The position numbers and the translations under genes were made by a program. Shown here piece by piece: positions 34,684 through 51,844 of a stretch of DNA of 64,000 nucleotides. Origin of the DNA: the human T2T-CHM13v2.0 reference genome, Homo sapiens. Positions within the stretch are counted from its first letter, which is position 1, and the number at the start of each line of letters is the position of its first letter. Below the pieces are notes generated by a model. The model did not search any database, was not told the origin of the DNA, and worked only from the letters and a program-made list of their open reading frames with translations. The DNA lies in assembly GCF_009914755.1 (NCBI RefSeq), contig NC_060930.1. One strand, given 5' to 3'.

Positions 34684-35999
34684 GTATATTTTAAAAATCT
34701 CTTAAGGTCCAGTTACTGTTATATTTTGGTCCTGTACTGAAGGAGGATGTAAGTCATTTTCCTAAAATGATTTTTATAGAGATAGATGTTGGCAGTTTAC
34801 TCAAAAGAGAATATAGGAAAATCTTTTTTAACAGGTTTGGTGGGACTAGCCTTATTCACTGAATAAAGTACTTTACAGAATGGAGTATATCTATATGTGT
34901 GTTTTAAGATTTGTTCATACAAAGCAGATGTTCTGTGTACTTTGTATTTGTAAACAACTAATTGGGGGTGGGAAGGAGATTGCTTTGTAAAAAGAGGGTT
35001 TCCTTGTTCTAAAGCTTTGCTGCTGGAGATGGTAAGATGGTAAATAAATATTGTACTGTTATGCTGCGTTTATCTCTTCTGCTTTATCTGTATTTGCATA
35101 TAAAATTCTTGAGAAAAACCATTGCTTTTCAAAGTGTTATTTGGGATACGGGTTTGAGTTATATAAGTTGAGTAGAAGGGGCTTCTGGTAAACAGAACTT
35201 TGGGGGGTGGTGCAAACTTCAGACCAAACTATGAATTGAAGCTTTAGGATGGGCAATAATAAGCGGACTTTGAAATTGGGTTTTTATGAAGTAATCCATT
35301 TGTTGCAGGAATTCTGTTCAAACCAAATGCGCTAGTCAGATACCGTGATGATGTGCAAAGTTAATTCTTTTGCAGTTGGTTGTTCCTTTGAGCTTTCTTT
35401 GAACTTGGAGTCCCTTACATATAAGATAGAGGTGATGAAAGAAATAGTCTCCAGTTGGTACTCCTCTGGATCATCAGTGCCAGCTGATGTTCAGGGAGAT
35501 ATTATGACTGTAAATAAACCTGCCTTGGATTGTTTTGTGTATATCCCCTCACCTTATTCTTTACCTTCTTCCCTCCTACAAATTGCATCTTTTTCTATTA
35601 CTGGCTTTTTCAGTAGGCAGAAAGTGCCTATGATGAGTGAGATAGGAAACTGGGTTGTTGTGATCACTTCTCTGGGTAGTAACTGTTCTTGCAGAGTGCT
35701 TTCTTCCTAGGTTATATCACCGTGTGTGGTATATGGAGCAAAATTGTTCCATTTCACAGAGAGGTCTAGTGACTTCATGTTCATAATATATTCATATTTC
35801 TATTAAAGTAATTTTGTAGAAAATATAAAATGGAAGCTTTTTGGTTCATCAAGAACTAAAGTGCTTTCTGAAATTAGTAATAATGATTTACAAATATAAG
35901 TCATTTCTTTATCATTAAAAAGCCACAAAGTAGTACAATGCTATGAGCTATTATAAAATAATTTCTTCTATGAAGCCCAGCTTTTTGTTCCTTTTTCTT

Positions 36000-36380
36000 T
36001 TTTTAAAGCCTTTATTTTAGGTTCAGGGGTACATTTACAGGTTTGTTTTATAGGTAAACTTGTATCACGGGGGTTTGGGGTACAGATTATTTTGTCACCC
36101 AGGTACTAAGCGTGGTAACCGATTGTTATTTTTCTGGTGCTCTCCCTCCTCCCTCATTCAGGCCCAATGTCTGCTGTTCCCCTATTTGTGCCCATTGGTT
36201 CTCATTATTTAGCTCCCACTTATAAGTGAGAACATGCAGTATTTGGTTTTCTGTTCCTGTGTTAGTTCACTAAGCCCTCCAGCTCCATCCATGTTCCTGC
36301 AGAGGACATGATGTCATTCTTTTTTTTTTTTTGGCCGTATAGTAGTCCGTCGTGTATATGTACTACATTTTCTTTACCTA
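36000..36380 (-). mobile_element. L1PA/L1PB 3' end fragment
   Basis: TTTTAGGTTCAGGGGTACAT...CTCCCACTTATAAGTGAGAACATGCAGTATTTGG is antisense L1 3' UTR. Confidence 0.88.
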
Positions 36381-36613
36381 GTCCTGCTTTTTAATATTGT
36401 TTTCTAGAAATTGCTTTGCAAAAGTAAAATCACTCCATTAATTCCGCATTCCCTTTGAGTTAATATTTGCAAACATTTAAAGTAACTGATTTAGCTAGTT
36501 ATCACAATAAGTTACTCAGAGGTTCAACTTTTCGATGAGTGATGTATGAAGAATAAAGTGAAAGATCTGCCTGAATTTAATATTTGTAAAAAATATACTC
36601 ATGGGTCTTCTGA

Positions 36614-36927
<314 letters not shown>

Positions 36928-37981
36928 GAAAAATTTTTTATAAAACAGTTTAGAGCCAGTTCTGTCTGGCATTTAGCTTCCTAAACCATACTACATTTTC
37001 AGGATCGAGAGTGAATTGTTCAAGAAATAGGCATTTGTAGATGAATTTTAACAGAAAGTTCATGTATGAAGTCATATACATTCATCTGAAGTTACTTAAG
37101 TAGAAATTTAGCTTCTACTAAAAATTTATTTTGGTTTTTAATTAGCTTCCTTTTGAGCACATTTGTTAAACTTACCTAAGAGAACTTATCTTTGTGATTG
37201 GAAAAACTAAGAATCCTGCTTTCTATATTTACATTCCAAAGAAGAATAGAGAAAGGTCAGGTCTAAGTGAGCTGAATAAGCATATATTTTTAAGTTTCAA
37301 CTTTTAATTTGACTAAGTGTACTTTCATCAGTATTTTAAATACACTTTAAAATACAAAATCAGACATGCTTTTAGGAAAACCATATATGTAAAAAAATAT
37401 ATACAAATTTGTGTTTTAGCTAAATGTTTTTTGCTTTAAGTGATAACGGTGTTTGGCTTGAAATTTGTGTAAAAATATTTTCCCAATAGCCATTAAGCTT
37501 GTTGACCTGAAAGTGACTTTCCTTAATTCTTGATTAATATGTTTCTGTTGAGTTTGGAAAATAATGTAACCCAATCATTATACATATAGGGACAAAAATC
37601 TGAGAAAAGTTACATACAATTTACTAATAGATTATGTTCCTTCTAGATGCAGCATTTCTGTCTATATTTTTGTAGGATATATATTAAACATATTTTTATA
37701 AGGCAAAATTAGTGATTTAAACCAAGTCCATTATGTTCCCAAACAAAAGACTGAGATCCTTAACATTTTTGTCTTTGTATAGTCTTCTTCATTAATAATT
37801 AAAATTAGTTAACAATTTTATTACATATGCTGATTGTAGAAAAATTAGAAAATAAATGTAAAAAAGAAAAAACCCTCCAGACAGAAATAACCACTATTTA
37901 ACATTTTGATTTATATAGCTTTCTAGATTTTATTCATATATATATTTACAGGATCATTTTCACTTAAAAACTGCAAGTGTT

Positions 37982-38278
37982 GCTTGGCACAGTGGCTCAT
38001 GCCTGTAATCCTAGCACTTTGGGAGGCCTAGATGGGAGGATTGCTTGAGGCCAGGAGTTCAAGTCCAGCTTGGGCAATACTGCAAGACTCTGTCTTCACA
38101 AAAATAAGAAAAACTTGCTGGGAGTGTTGGTACATGCCTGTAGGCCCAGCTACTCAGGAGGCCGAAGTGAGAGGATTGCTTAAAAGTGAGCTCAGGAGGT
38201 TGAGGCTTCAGTGAGCTGTGGTCACACCATTGCACTCTAGCCTGGGTAACAAAGTGAGATCCTGTCAGAAAAAAAAAG
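37982..38278 (+). mobile_element. Alu (AluJ-like)
   Basis: Sense Alu dimer with an A tail. Confidence 0.9.
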
Positions 38279-39278
38279 TATCTAATTGATTGATCTATTA
38301 GTACTAATAGGGAAGAGATGTTGAAATGTAAGTTTAACATTATCATTTCGTTGATTATGGGATTTTGTGTCAGGTTGTCATTTCTAGACTTGGACTTTTT
38401 GCTGTAACTCTACCAGGATACATTAAAAGATAAACGTTGTTTAGAAGTGTTGCTTTACCTGTGTATGCTTAACTTTCATGGAGATGTTTCGTCAGGTGTA
38501 ACCAGTATCCTCAATATGGCTATCATTTCTAGGATACAACCGAAATTTGCTCTGTGCATGTTTTACCTAAAATTTTAGATAAAAATGTAAAGAAGTATAT
38601 TTGAGAATGTAAGAATTTCATAGTGACTGAACCAGAATCTGCCTTTAGGCTTCTTCTGGCTTTACATCCTCCTTAATTCTATGCAATTCTGGGTATGGAA
38701 GAAAACTAATGCAGAAATTGATCTGAAGTATTGGCAAACAGAAGACCTCCAATTTTCCCAATATTTTTCCTAAGGCTTTCCTGTGCTTCTCCCCAACACT
38801 GATTGGCTAGCATTGATAGCTTATTCACTGTCGGTATGGACCCTTTAATATTATGTGTTTTATTTAAAGACATTAGTCCAGGGTGACCATAGGAAATACT
38901 TCAAGGAGGATAACCCTGAAGATCCTATAGCTGCTAATACTCAAAATGAAACTTAAAAAAAATAATGATTTTTGCCATGGATCAGAGCCAATTCAATTCT
39001 AGCTTGAGAAGTGAATTCAGGTCATATCTGAAAGCCTTACCTTTGTTAGAAATTAGGTCCAAAGACCTAAGTGATAATTCAAGTTATGGGCTTTGTGGGA
39101 GATGGCAAATCCAGCCTAAGGAAAGGAGTTCTGGAATTTTACAATTTCACATTAAATTACACGTCAGTATGTGGCATTAGGGGAATGGTAGAAATTCTCA
39201 GTGCTAAGAATTGAGTGGCCCCTTTAACCAGCTACCTTGACCCCCAAAGCCAAGATTTGTAATGGAAAAATATTGTAT

Positions 39279-39735
<457 letters not shown>

Positions 39736-39821
39736 CTACTCCTAGCAGATTTCTCCCAAATCTGTTTTCAGTATTGGTAGCCAGAGTTCCTTTTTTTCTT
39801 CCTTTTTAAGAAGAAAATAGA

Positions 39822-39955
39822 ACCAGGCATGGTTGCATGTACCTATAGGCCCAGCTACTCTGTAGGATGAGGTGGGAGGATTGCTTGAGCCCCGGAGTTT
39901 GAGTCCAGCCAGAGGACCTTATCTCTAAAGGAAAACAAAACAAAAAAAAAAAAAA
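39822..39955 (+). mobile_element. Alu monomer (FLAM-like)
   Basis: Single Alu arm with an A tail. Confidence 0.75.
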
Positions 39956-40134
39956 TGAAGAAACTTTCTCCTCACAGGGAAGAAGTAAGCCCAAAGTCAA
40001 TTCTAAGATGCCTTTTGTTTTCAGCATTAGGGCTTGTGGGTCTTTTCAGCCCTTCAGTGTTGTGAAAGAGAATAAACAGATCAGCAGAATTAGTAGAGAA
40101 TAACAGAGGCAATTTATTGAGACATAACCATATA

Positions 40135-40373
40135 CAAGTTGAGTGTCCTTTATCTGAAATGCTTGGAATCAGAAGTGTTTGGGTTTTAGATATTTTTGGA
40201 TTTTGGAATATTTGTGTTACAGCTGTTGGTTGAGCATCCCTGATGTGAAAATCTGAAATCTGAAATGCTCCAAGGAATGTTTCCTTTGAGCTTCATACGG
40301 GCACTCAAAAAGTTTTGGATTTTAGAGCATTTTTTTTTTTTTCCAGATTTTTGGATTAGGGAAGCTCAACTTG
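40135..40373. mobile_element. Tigger4a/MER46-like TcMar MITE
   Basis: Terminal inverted repeats CAAGTTGAG...CTCAACTTG, flanked by TA target duplications. Confidence 0.85.
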
Positions 40374-41123
40374 TAGTTAAATAAAATATGTAGGCTACTA
40401 ATAGCTAAATATAAGAAAAACAATTGTAGTAAATAATGACAATCCCAACAGGTTTTAAGGCCTCCAAGATGGTAGGCTAGTGATTAATTTTAGAGTGAAG
40501 TTGAAGAGATCTAAATTAATGTTTAAATGGCTAAACAACTTATCTTCCTAGTGTCGTGAGTATGTTTTGATAGCACGTGAGTATAATTTGAAGGGAGTGA
40601 AGTTTTAAGAATATACTTATGTGACTAGTGAATTACTGAAATTTTTTCCTACTGAATATATAATTGCTGTGTTTCTGAATTTAATTTTCATTGACCTTTG
40701 CATCAAGAGTATATGCAAAGGTCAGTGAAAAGTATTGCATCAGATTCATTTAGTATGCTTTAAAGTAAACATTAAGAAGAATAAATATTATGTAAAGCTT
40801 TCCTGAATGACTATAACTTCAAAAGTAACTTAAAATGGTTTTATTATGGCCTAGAACAAAGTAAAATGATAGTGGAAACATCAATTCAAGGATAGTTCTT
40901 CCCGAGTTAGGATTACCTAAATTTATCCAAAACATGGCCTTCTTCCTGTCCCTAGAATATTCACATTGTTGTTGTGACACAGGAATTTCGGAGAGATGAA
41001 AAAAATCCCTTGATTTCCTATCCTTACACCCACATGGCTGCATAAGTGACTTAATGTTTGATTAGGAAATATTTTGTTTGGTGTAAGGGTAGCAACTTGA
41101 AATATCTTGATAAATTTTCTGCA

Positions 41124-41294
41124 GCTTCTAGTCTCCAGACAAATTTAGGCATAAGATATACTTTCTGTTTAGGAATGTCAGTCCTTCTCTCAACCTTTAG
41201 GAGAATTGTCATTACTGTCTTTTTTTTTTTGGTAGGTAAACAGTAATTTATACCTTGTCCACTTTGCCTGTATGTTAATGTGACCTTGGTTTAC
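41124..41294 (+). repeat. Donor copy of a local duplication of about 170 bp
   Basis: Closely similar to 42754-42936. Confidence 0.9.
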
Positions 41295-41507
41295 CAGGAC
41301 TTTCAAGCATGACTTTTGTTAAAGTTTAAAACCTAGAAAGTATTATCTCTGTTGAGAAAGTTAACACACTCTATACCTGTGTTTAAATTTTACCAGCATC
41401 TTTAAATTAAAGTTTATATTTGTGATCTATGCTAAATTTCCTTCTCGAGGTAGTATCTACATTTTGTAGTTTTTGCAAGGAATAAATTTAATTTGACCTT
41501 TCTCCCC

Positions 41508-41787
41508 CTTTTTTTAGAAGAGAGTCTTGCTTTGTTGTCCCCCAGGCTGGATCATAGCTCTTTGGAGCCTCGATCTCCTGGGCTCAAGCAATCCTCCTGC
41601 CTCAGCCTCCTGAGTAGCTAAGACTATAGGCACATGCCACCACACCCAGCTAAATTTTTAATTTTTTTGTAGAGACGAGGCCTTGCACTGTTAGCTGGGC
41701 TGGTCTCCAACTCCTGGGCTCAAGTGAACCTCCTGCCTCAGCTCCCAAAGTGCTGGGATTACAAGTGTAAGCTACTACGCTCGACCA
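41508..41787 (-). mobile_element. Alu (AluJ-like)
   Basis: Antisense Alu. Confidence 0.88.
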
Positions 41788-42247
41788 CTAATTTGCTTTT
41801 AAGGCAGATTTGCCTGTACTAAGGGATCAAAGTTTAGAAAAATAACTTCCTGTGACTGCCATTTCTGAGGACCTGCATTGCCCTGTAACTTGTAAAAGGA
41901 TATTTTGAAGTTAGTAGAATGTCACCTACTACCTGGGTGCAAGGCTGTATGCTGTCCAAGTAGTCAGAAAGTGAGCTGGGGTTACTTCTATCTAAAGTGG
42001 TCCTATAAACAGTCCCTACTGCAAAGGTGTAGCCTCATACTGAAAATACCAATTTGGCCTTTTTATATATGCTTACTTCAGTATAACTTCTTTCTACCTC
42101 TAGAAAGAAGTCATACCTGCTGTTTGACTTGGCCAGTGCACCACTATCCCACTTTAGATAAAAATTGGGTTGTACATATGTGACTGATTTGCCCAAAGAG
42201 TGATATTTTATTTGTAACCAATCATTCTGGTAGAAAAAGCCAGGGAA

Positions 42248-42553
<306 letters not shown>

Positions 42554-42569
42554 CTATTATTTTTCTTTT

Positions 42570-44545
42570 CTTAAAATAGACTTTTTAAAAAGAGCAGTTT
42601 TAGGTACACCATAAAATTGAGCAGAAAGTACAGTCAGACAGTGTCCACTTACCTCCTCCCCTCCCACCCCTCCATGCAAAACCTCCACTATCCTCATTGG
42701 AAACTACAGGGTACATTTGTTTCAATCTGTGAACCTCCATTAACATATTTTGTGCTTCTAGTCTCTAGAAAAATGTAGGCATAAGATATACTTTCTATTT
42801 CTTTCTATTTAGGAATGTCAGCCCTTCTTTCAACCTTGTAGCAGGAGAATTGTCATTACTTTTTTTTTTTTTGGTAGGTAAACAGTGATTTATAAGTTGT
42901 CCACTTTGCCTGTATGTTAATGTGAGCTTGGTTTACATTAGGGTTCATAGTTTACATTAGGGTTCACACTTGGTGTTATACATTCTCTAGGCTTTGACAA
43001 ATGTGTAATGACATGTATCTGTCATTGTAGTATTACTGAAAATAGTTTGACTGCCCTAAAAATCTTGTGTGCCCTGCCAGTTTATCCCTCCTCCTTGACT
43101 ATCCTGTCAGTCACTGATCTTACTACAGTTACCGTAGTTTTGCCTTTTCCAGAATGTGATATGTGGCCATACAGTATGCAGCCTTTTCAGATTGGCTTCT
43201 TTCACTTAGTAATCAGGTGCTTTTAAGGTTCCTCCATGTCTTTTCACAGCTTGATAGCTCAATTCTTTTTAGCATTGAATAATGTTCTATTGTCTGAATA
43301 TACCAAAGTTTATCCATTCACCGATTGAAGGACATCTTGGTTGCTTCCAAGTTTTGGCACTTATGATACAGTTGCTGTAAACAGCTGTGTGCAGGTTCTT
43401 GTGTGGACATAAGTTTTCAATTCATTTGAGTAACAACCAAGAAGTCCAATATGTTTAGTTTTGTAAGAAACTGCCAAACTGTTTTTCAAAGTGGCTATAC
43501 CATTTTGCATTCCAACCAGCAATGAAATGAGAGTTGGCTCTTGCTGCACATCCTTGCTAACATTTGATGTTGTCAGTGTTTTAGATGTGGCCGTTCTAAT
43601 AGATGTATATTGGTATCTCGTTGTTTTAACATATACTTCCCTAATGGCATATGCTGATCTTTTCATATGCTTAATTTGTAATCTGTATATCTTCTTTGGT
43701 GAGGTGTCTGTTTAGCTATTTCCCCATTTTTAAGGCAGGCTGTTCATTTTCTTATTGTTCAGTGTTGAGTTCTTTGTACATATTGGATTACAGTCCTTTA
43801 TCAGATGTGTCTTTTGCACATATTCTCCCAGTCTGTGGCTTGTGTTCTTATTTGTTTGACATTGTCTTTTGCAGAGAAGTTTTAAGTTTAATGAAGTGCA
43901 GCTTATAAATTATTTTTTTCAAGGACCGTGCTTTGCTCCTGTATCTAAAAAGTCATTGTCATGCACAAGGTCATTTAGATTTTCTCCTATGTTATCTTTT
44001 AGGAGTTTTATAGTTTTGTATCTTGTATTTTGTTCTGTGATTCATTTTATGTTAATTTTTGTGAAGGGTGTAAGGTCAGGGTCTAGATTCATTGTTTTTT
44101 GCGTGTGGATGTCTACTTGTTCAAACACCATTTGTTGGAAAGACTGTCTTTTCTCCATTGTATTGTTTTTGCTCCTCTGTCATAGATCAGTTGACTTTAT
44201 TTATGTGGGTCTATTTCTGGACTCTGTTGTTTCATTGATCTGTTTGTCCCTTCTTTTGACAGTACCACACAGTCTTGATTACTGTAGTTTTATAGTAAGT
44301 TTTGAAGTCAGTTAGTGTCAGTCCTATGACTTTGTTCTCCTTCAGTACTGAGTTGGCTAATAGTTTTTTTGCCTCTCCATATACACTTCAAATTGAGGTT
44401 GTTGTTATACAAAAAATAATGTTAGGATTTTGATTGTGATTGCATTGAATATATAGATCAAGTTAGGAGAACTGACATCTTGACAATAGTGAGTCTTCTA
44501 TCTGTGAACATGAAATACCTCTCCACTTCTTGAGAGGTTCTTTGA
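42570..44545 (-). mobile_element. L1MB-like LINE (3' UTR and ORF2 end), antisense
   Basis: L1M 3' UTR and ORF2 C-terminal remnants (ORFs 43361-43666(-) and 43869-44315). Confidence 0.88.
42754..42936 (+). repeat. Second copy of the local duplication, inserted inside the L1M
   Basis: Direct copy of 41124-41294. Confidence 0.9.
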
Positions 44546-46687
<2,142 letters not shown>

Positions 46688-46689
46688 GT

Positions 46690-47265
46690 TTTATGTGTTA
46701 TTTCATTATAGTTTTGTAGTTTTCTTCATAAAGATGTACACATTTTGTTATATTTATACCTAAGTATTTCATCTGGAGGGAGTACTAATGTACATAGTGA
46801 TTTTTTAACTTCAAATTCCACTTGTTCATTGCTGATATATATGAAATCAGTTGACTTGTGTATTAACCTTGTATCCTGCAACCTTGCTATAATTGCTTAT
46901 TAGTTCCAGGAATGATTTTGTTAATTATTTTGGATTTTCTATGTGGATGCAAACAAAGAGTTTTATTTCTTCCTTCGCAATCTGTGTATCTTTTATTTCT
47001 TTTTCTCATCTTACTTCATTAGCTAGGACTTCTAGTACAATGTTGTGAGTGGCAAGAGGGGATATCCTTGCCTTGTTCCTTATCTTAGTGTGAAGACTTT
47101 CTGTTTCTCATCATTAAATGTGTTGTTAGCTGTAGGTTTTTTGTAGATGATCTTTATAAAGTGAAGAAAGTTCCCTTCTATTCTTACTTTGCTGAGAGTT
47201 TTTATCATGAGTGGGTGCTGGATTTTGTTAAATGCTTTTTCTGCATCTATTAATATAGGATCATG
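46690..47265 (-). mobile_element. Continuation of the antisense L1M ORF2
   Basis: Antisense L1 sequence continuing from 44545. Confidence 0.82.
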
Positions 47266-47737
47266 TGTGAGGGCCCCTCTATGGCTGGCTCCCCCTGGAG
47301 TTTTTAACTCTCAGGCTCGTCCACGCTAAGCATCCATTAGAGTTTAGTTTCCTATGGAGGTTCCTGCTAGAAGGTTTCTGCTTTAGTAAGTCGATGTTCT
47401 TTATTTACCTCTCTCTCTCTCTCCAATTTTAGGGGTCGGCGCTTTGCCTGATGACCCTACCTCTCTGACAGATCTGAGAAGAGTTTACTCTTCAGCTTTT
47501 AAGTGAATAAAGATGATAAATGTCCTAGCAGCTCATTTGTCTAACTTCTTGAAAACCAAAGATGCTGGTGGATAATTGACAGACCTACAAAATACCACAT
47601 AAAACCTACAATACACAAAATAGGTTCTTATAACTCAAGTAAATGGTTCTTTAGTATAGTAGCTGTTTTATGAATGGATGTATATTATCCAAATGCTAAT
47701 TTTGTTAAAAGGAATGAAAATTTTTTTCATGTTATAG

Positions 47738-47863
47738 GAGAATATTAAACGTAAAGACCATATTGATTATCAGAAGGATAAAGTTGCTTTAACTCTGGCT
47801 CGTCTAGCCCGCCATGTTGAAGTGGAGAAACAGCAGAAAGAAGAGAAGAATAGAGCATTCAGA
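47738..47863 (+). CDS. ZNF451: ZNF451 coding exon 4 of the long isoforms (ENIKRKDHIDYQKDKVALTLARLARHVEVEKQQKEEKNRAFR), coiled coil
   Basis: TTATAG| acceptor, |GTATGT donor, 126 nt, in frame with exon 3. Confidence 0.95.
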
Positions 47864-49642
47864 GTATGTGCTATTTTAATTGGTATTTTATATAATTAAA
47901 AAATTATTTATAATAAAGTTGGTAAAAAGCCTTTAATCAAAAAAAGATATGATTTAATCAAAGCTCAGTATGTACCCTAGATAGCTCATGAATTTAGTAG
48001 TAATTCATAATAGCTTTTTACATCTATTTTTAGTTTGTTGGATTCTTATCTGTATATAGGAAAAGAAAAAATAAAATTAACTGAGTGGACTTCATTTTTG
48101 AGAATTAAAAATCATGGATTTCTCAAAACAGATGAGCAATTAACAAGTTTCTGGTTATTTTATCATACGAGTGAAAAGAGTTTATCAGGGCTTTTATAGA
48201 TATAAGCTGTTGAAAGATTATTTTCTACTGGATAGAACCAGATTGCTTTCTCAAATTTTAGCTTATCCTTCCAAATTAAATCCATTACTAAAAGGAAGAA
48301 ATTTGAAGCAGGTTTGTAGATGAGCTGCTGTGTGGAAATGAAGCCCATTTTTAGAATCTTGCATGATATAATTTTTTTCCTTGACTTGCTTTAGAAGGCC
48401 CCAAATGAAATTACTTAAAGAATTCCCTCAATAGTGACAAATGTCCTTTAGGAGCAGAATGTTGATATATTGGGTAAAAAACTCCATACTAAAGTACAAA
48501 AATGGAAATTTAAATCATGCCTCTGGCCAGCAGCTGTTTAGATTTCAGTAGATCACTAGTTTTATAGACTTTGGGTTTCATTCTGTGAATGGACAATTTA
48601 GAGATTCTCCCAGGTCAGAATAAGCTCCATGATTTTGTAATTTTAACGTGCATGTTTTTGACTCCTTATTCCATTGGTTATTATAAAGTAATTTGTGTAT
48701 TTCTGTAGCATCCTAATCTGTTATAAAATGGTCTTTAAATTTAGAAATAAGCTAGTTTGGGGGCTTTTACTTTATGATGTAATATCAATTAAATTAGACT
48801 ATGGTATTCTAATTGTATGTTTTAAATGCTTATTGCATATATACACACACACATACACATATGCAAACACAGACAATATTATTTTTATCCTGGCAGAAAC
48901 ACTATTCAATTTTAAGGAAGTTCCCCACCCCCCTAGAACTATAAGTATGTTGTTTGATTTTTTTATGTGTCAAATCTCTTTGACAGAGGGATCATTTGCA
49001 AACTGTCTTACTTTCCCTCAGATTTCCTAAGTGATGCTAGCTTCTTTTCCCAGGCAGTCTTAATGGCTACATAGATAATAAAGTTTTTGTGATGAGCCCA
49101 GAATCTTGTATAGTTACTGTGACAACTAAGTTTTTTCTCAAGGGTAGTTTCAGCCTCCACCCATGTAAATGGTCATTCATTTTATTAAATACTTTACATT
49201 GAAGATTTTTTTTGAAATTTTGAAATTTTTAATTTTTTGTTTAACCAGTTGGAAAGAATAAATTTGTCTAGATTTCATTCTTCTTTAAGGAAGAAAATGA
49301 CTCACATAGCAAGCTCATTGCTTGCTATCCAGCCATAATTTTGTTTTTCTTACTTTGATTCCCTTTATGGATTACTTATTTTTTAAAAGTAGATGACAAA
49401 ACAACAACAACAACAAAAAACCACCCAGAAAGGAAGATATTGAAACTGAAATAGAAATAATTTTTGAAGAATTCTAGTGAATGATAATTCTGGTTAAAAA
49501 TAGACACTATAGAAAATGTCTTTCAACTATTGTAGGCCTTTGTGAATTGTTGGTGTCTTCACTATTAAAGTAAGTTATCTTACTTTTGTGCTGGAGAGGT
49601 TTCAAAGAAAAAAAAAGGAATATTCATTAAAATCTTCACTGG

Positions 49643-49766
49643 AGCCAGACCTGGTGGCTCATGCCTGTAATCCCAGCACTTTGGGAGGACAAGGTGGACA
49701 GATCACCTGAGGTCAGTGGTTTGAGACAAGCTTGGCCAACATGGTGAAACCCCGTCTGTACTAAAA
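49643..49766 (+). mobile_element. Alu left arm fragment
   Basis: Sense Alu 5' half, truncated at the central A-rich linker. Confidence 0.85.
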
Positions 49767-50889
49767 AGTTTTTGAAAGTTGCTTTGTGATAGAGAAAAAG
49801 GGTGGCTAATTTTAGGATGATTTCAATAAGTGTTTTTTGAGCATTGACTATGCATGTTCATAGAGTTCAAATTCTATTATAAGAAATGCCAGAGAACTTG
49901 AAAAAAAGATGTTTAATTTTAATTATTGGAAATTGTTAAAATAAGTATGCTAGTAGTTGGTATGTAGTAATATTTAATCTCAATTATATTACTTTAATTG
50001 AAGGGTTTTTATTGTAATTGATTCTTGCAAGGAACTTTGATAAATGGTCTAATTTAATATATAAGATGTCTTAGGATATATCTATCAAGGGCTATTGCTT
50101 TCTTTGGATAGGCTAACTTTGATTTTACTATTGTTTGTTTCTTATTGCATGTTATTCAGTATAGTGATCCTGTAGGATACACTTTGAAAAAGTATTTGGT
50201 GATTTATGAAGTTGGGATACTGCATACTCTATGTATGAAAAATAGGGGTGCACATTAGCACTTTAGGGCTTTAGTAGTCCTACATGAAAGTAACGTTTTA
50301 AATTTTGTGTTAAAACCAGTGTTTCTATACTTAATTTGATTACAGAGAATTTTAAAAAATGTATATAATGCATATTAACATTCATGAGAAGTAGTATTCT
50401 ATGGCTGTAATTTGAACAATGTTATGTAGATTTTCTTCAGATTAAAATCTTGATCCACTTTTTCGCCTCATTTATCCTTCCTGATAGAAAACCCTGTTAC
50501 ATTGATAACTAGGCCATACATTATTATGGTTTATATCTTACAAATCCAGTGTTTCTGACTCTGATCCCTTTTGAAGTACATGTAAATCTTTTTGAGAGGC
50601 AGTATGATTATACTCGTTAGGGCATGAATTCTAGAATCAGATTGCCAGAGTTTGAATTCTGACATTATTATATATCCTTGGGCAATTTATTTGACCTCTG
50701 TGTACCTCAGGTTTTTCATCATAAAAGGGGAACAATAATACCTAAAATCTAAAGTCTTTTTAAAACTGCCTCACACATGGTTAGTGGCCAAAAAGTATTA
50801 ATTTTAATACACATGATTGGAAAATACACAAATAGTTTTATGGATAATATAACTAGAAAGATTTAGGCTTTTAGCAATACAGAGCATCT

Positions 50890-51090
50890 AGTTCAGCATT
50901 GTCATTGGCCTGCTGCCTGCTATAAACAAAGATTTATTGGAACACTGCTACACTCACTTGTTTACATATTGTCTGTGGCTGCTCTCCTGCTACAATGGCA
51001 CAGTTGAGTAGTGGCAGTAAAGAGTCTATGGCCTGCAAAGCCATAATGAAATATTAACTAGCCTTTGTGGAAAAGTTTGTTACCCCTTGG
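50890..51090. mobile_element. MER58-like hAT MITE
   Basis: TTTATTGGAACACTGCTACACTCACTTGTTTACATATTGTCTGTGGCTGC...TATGGCCTGCAAAGCC. Confidence 0.7.
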
Positions 51091-51732
51091 TCTAGATGGC
51101 AACAAATGCTTTACACTGGCACATATTAAGTGCTAATGAGTTATGTTATTAATATTACTCAGTGAACAAATACTTACTAGGCTCCTTCTGTATGTTTCAG
51201 ATTAAATATGGAAAATTTGAAACAATACATAAAACTTTAAAAATGAAAATAATCCTTTACATAGAAATTCCTAGAGGTAGCCTTAATAACTTTTAATACA
51301 TCTATTTTCAGGCTTTTTTTTCCTCTGCAGATACAGTTGCACATGGATTTGAAATTATTCTTTGTTTATATTTTGCCTCATTTGTTTAATACAGTTTGGC
51401 GACCTACTTGATATCCAAAGTATATTTCCACACCTTTGAAAAATTTGGTTAATGTTTTTAATGACGTCCATCAAATGTACATACCATAATTTACTTAAAC
51501 CATACCCTGTTGTTAGGGGTGTAGGTTGTAGTAAATTTTGTGCAATAACACTGGTATACACATCTTAGAGCGTGCATTTTTATTTTGATGTATTTCTTTG
51601 TCATACATTTCTAGATGTGGAGTTCTGGGGATAAAAAGTAATCAGTATTTTCTGATCACTAATGTGTCAAAATCCTTTTCTCAAGGAAAACAGGGTAGTA
51701 ATCTTAATTGAGTTTTTTCTTAATGTCTTCAG

Positions 51733-51844
51733 GAAAAAATTGATTTTCAGCATGCTCATGGGTTACAAGAATTGGAATTTATTCGAGGACATTCTGATAC
51801 AGAAGCAGCAAGACTGTGTGTGGACCAGTGGCTAAAAATGCCAG
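51733..51844 (+). CDS. ZNF451: ZNF451 coding exon 5 (EKIDFQHAHGLQELEFIRGHSDTEAARLCVDQWLKMP-G)
   Basis: TCTTCAG| acceptor, G|GTATTC donor, 112 nt, frame continuous. Confidence 0.95.
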
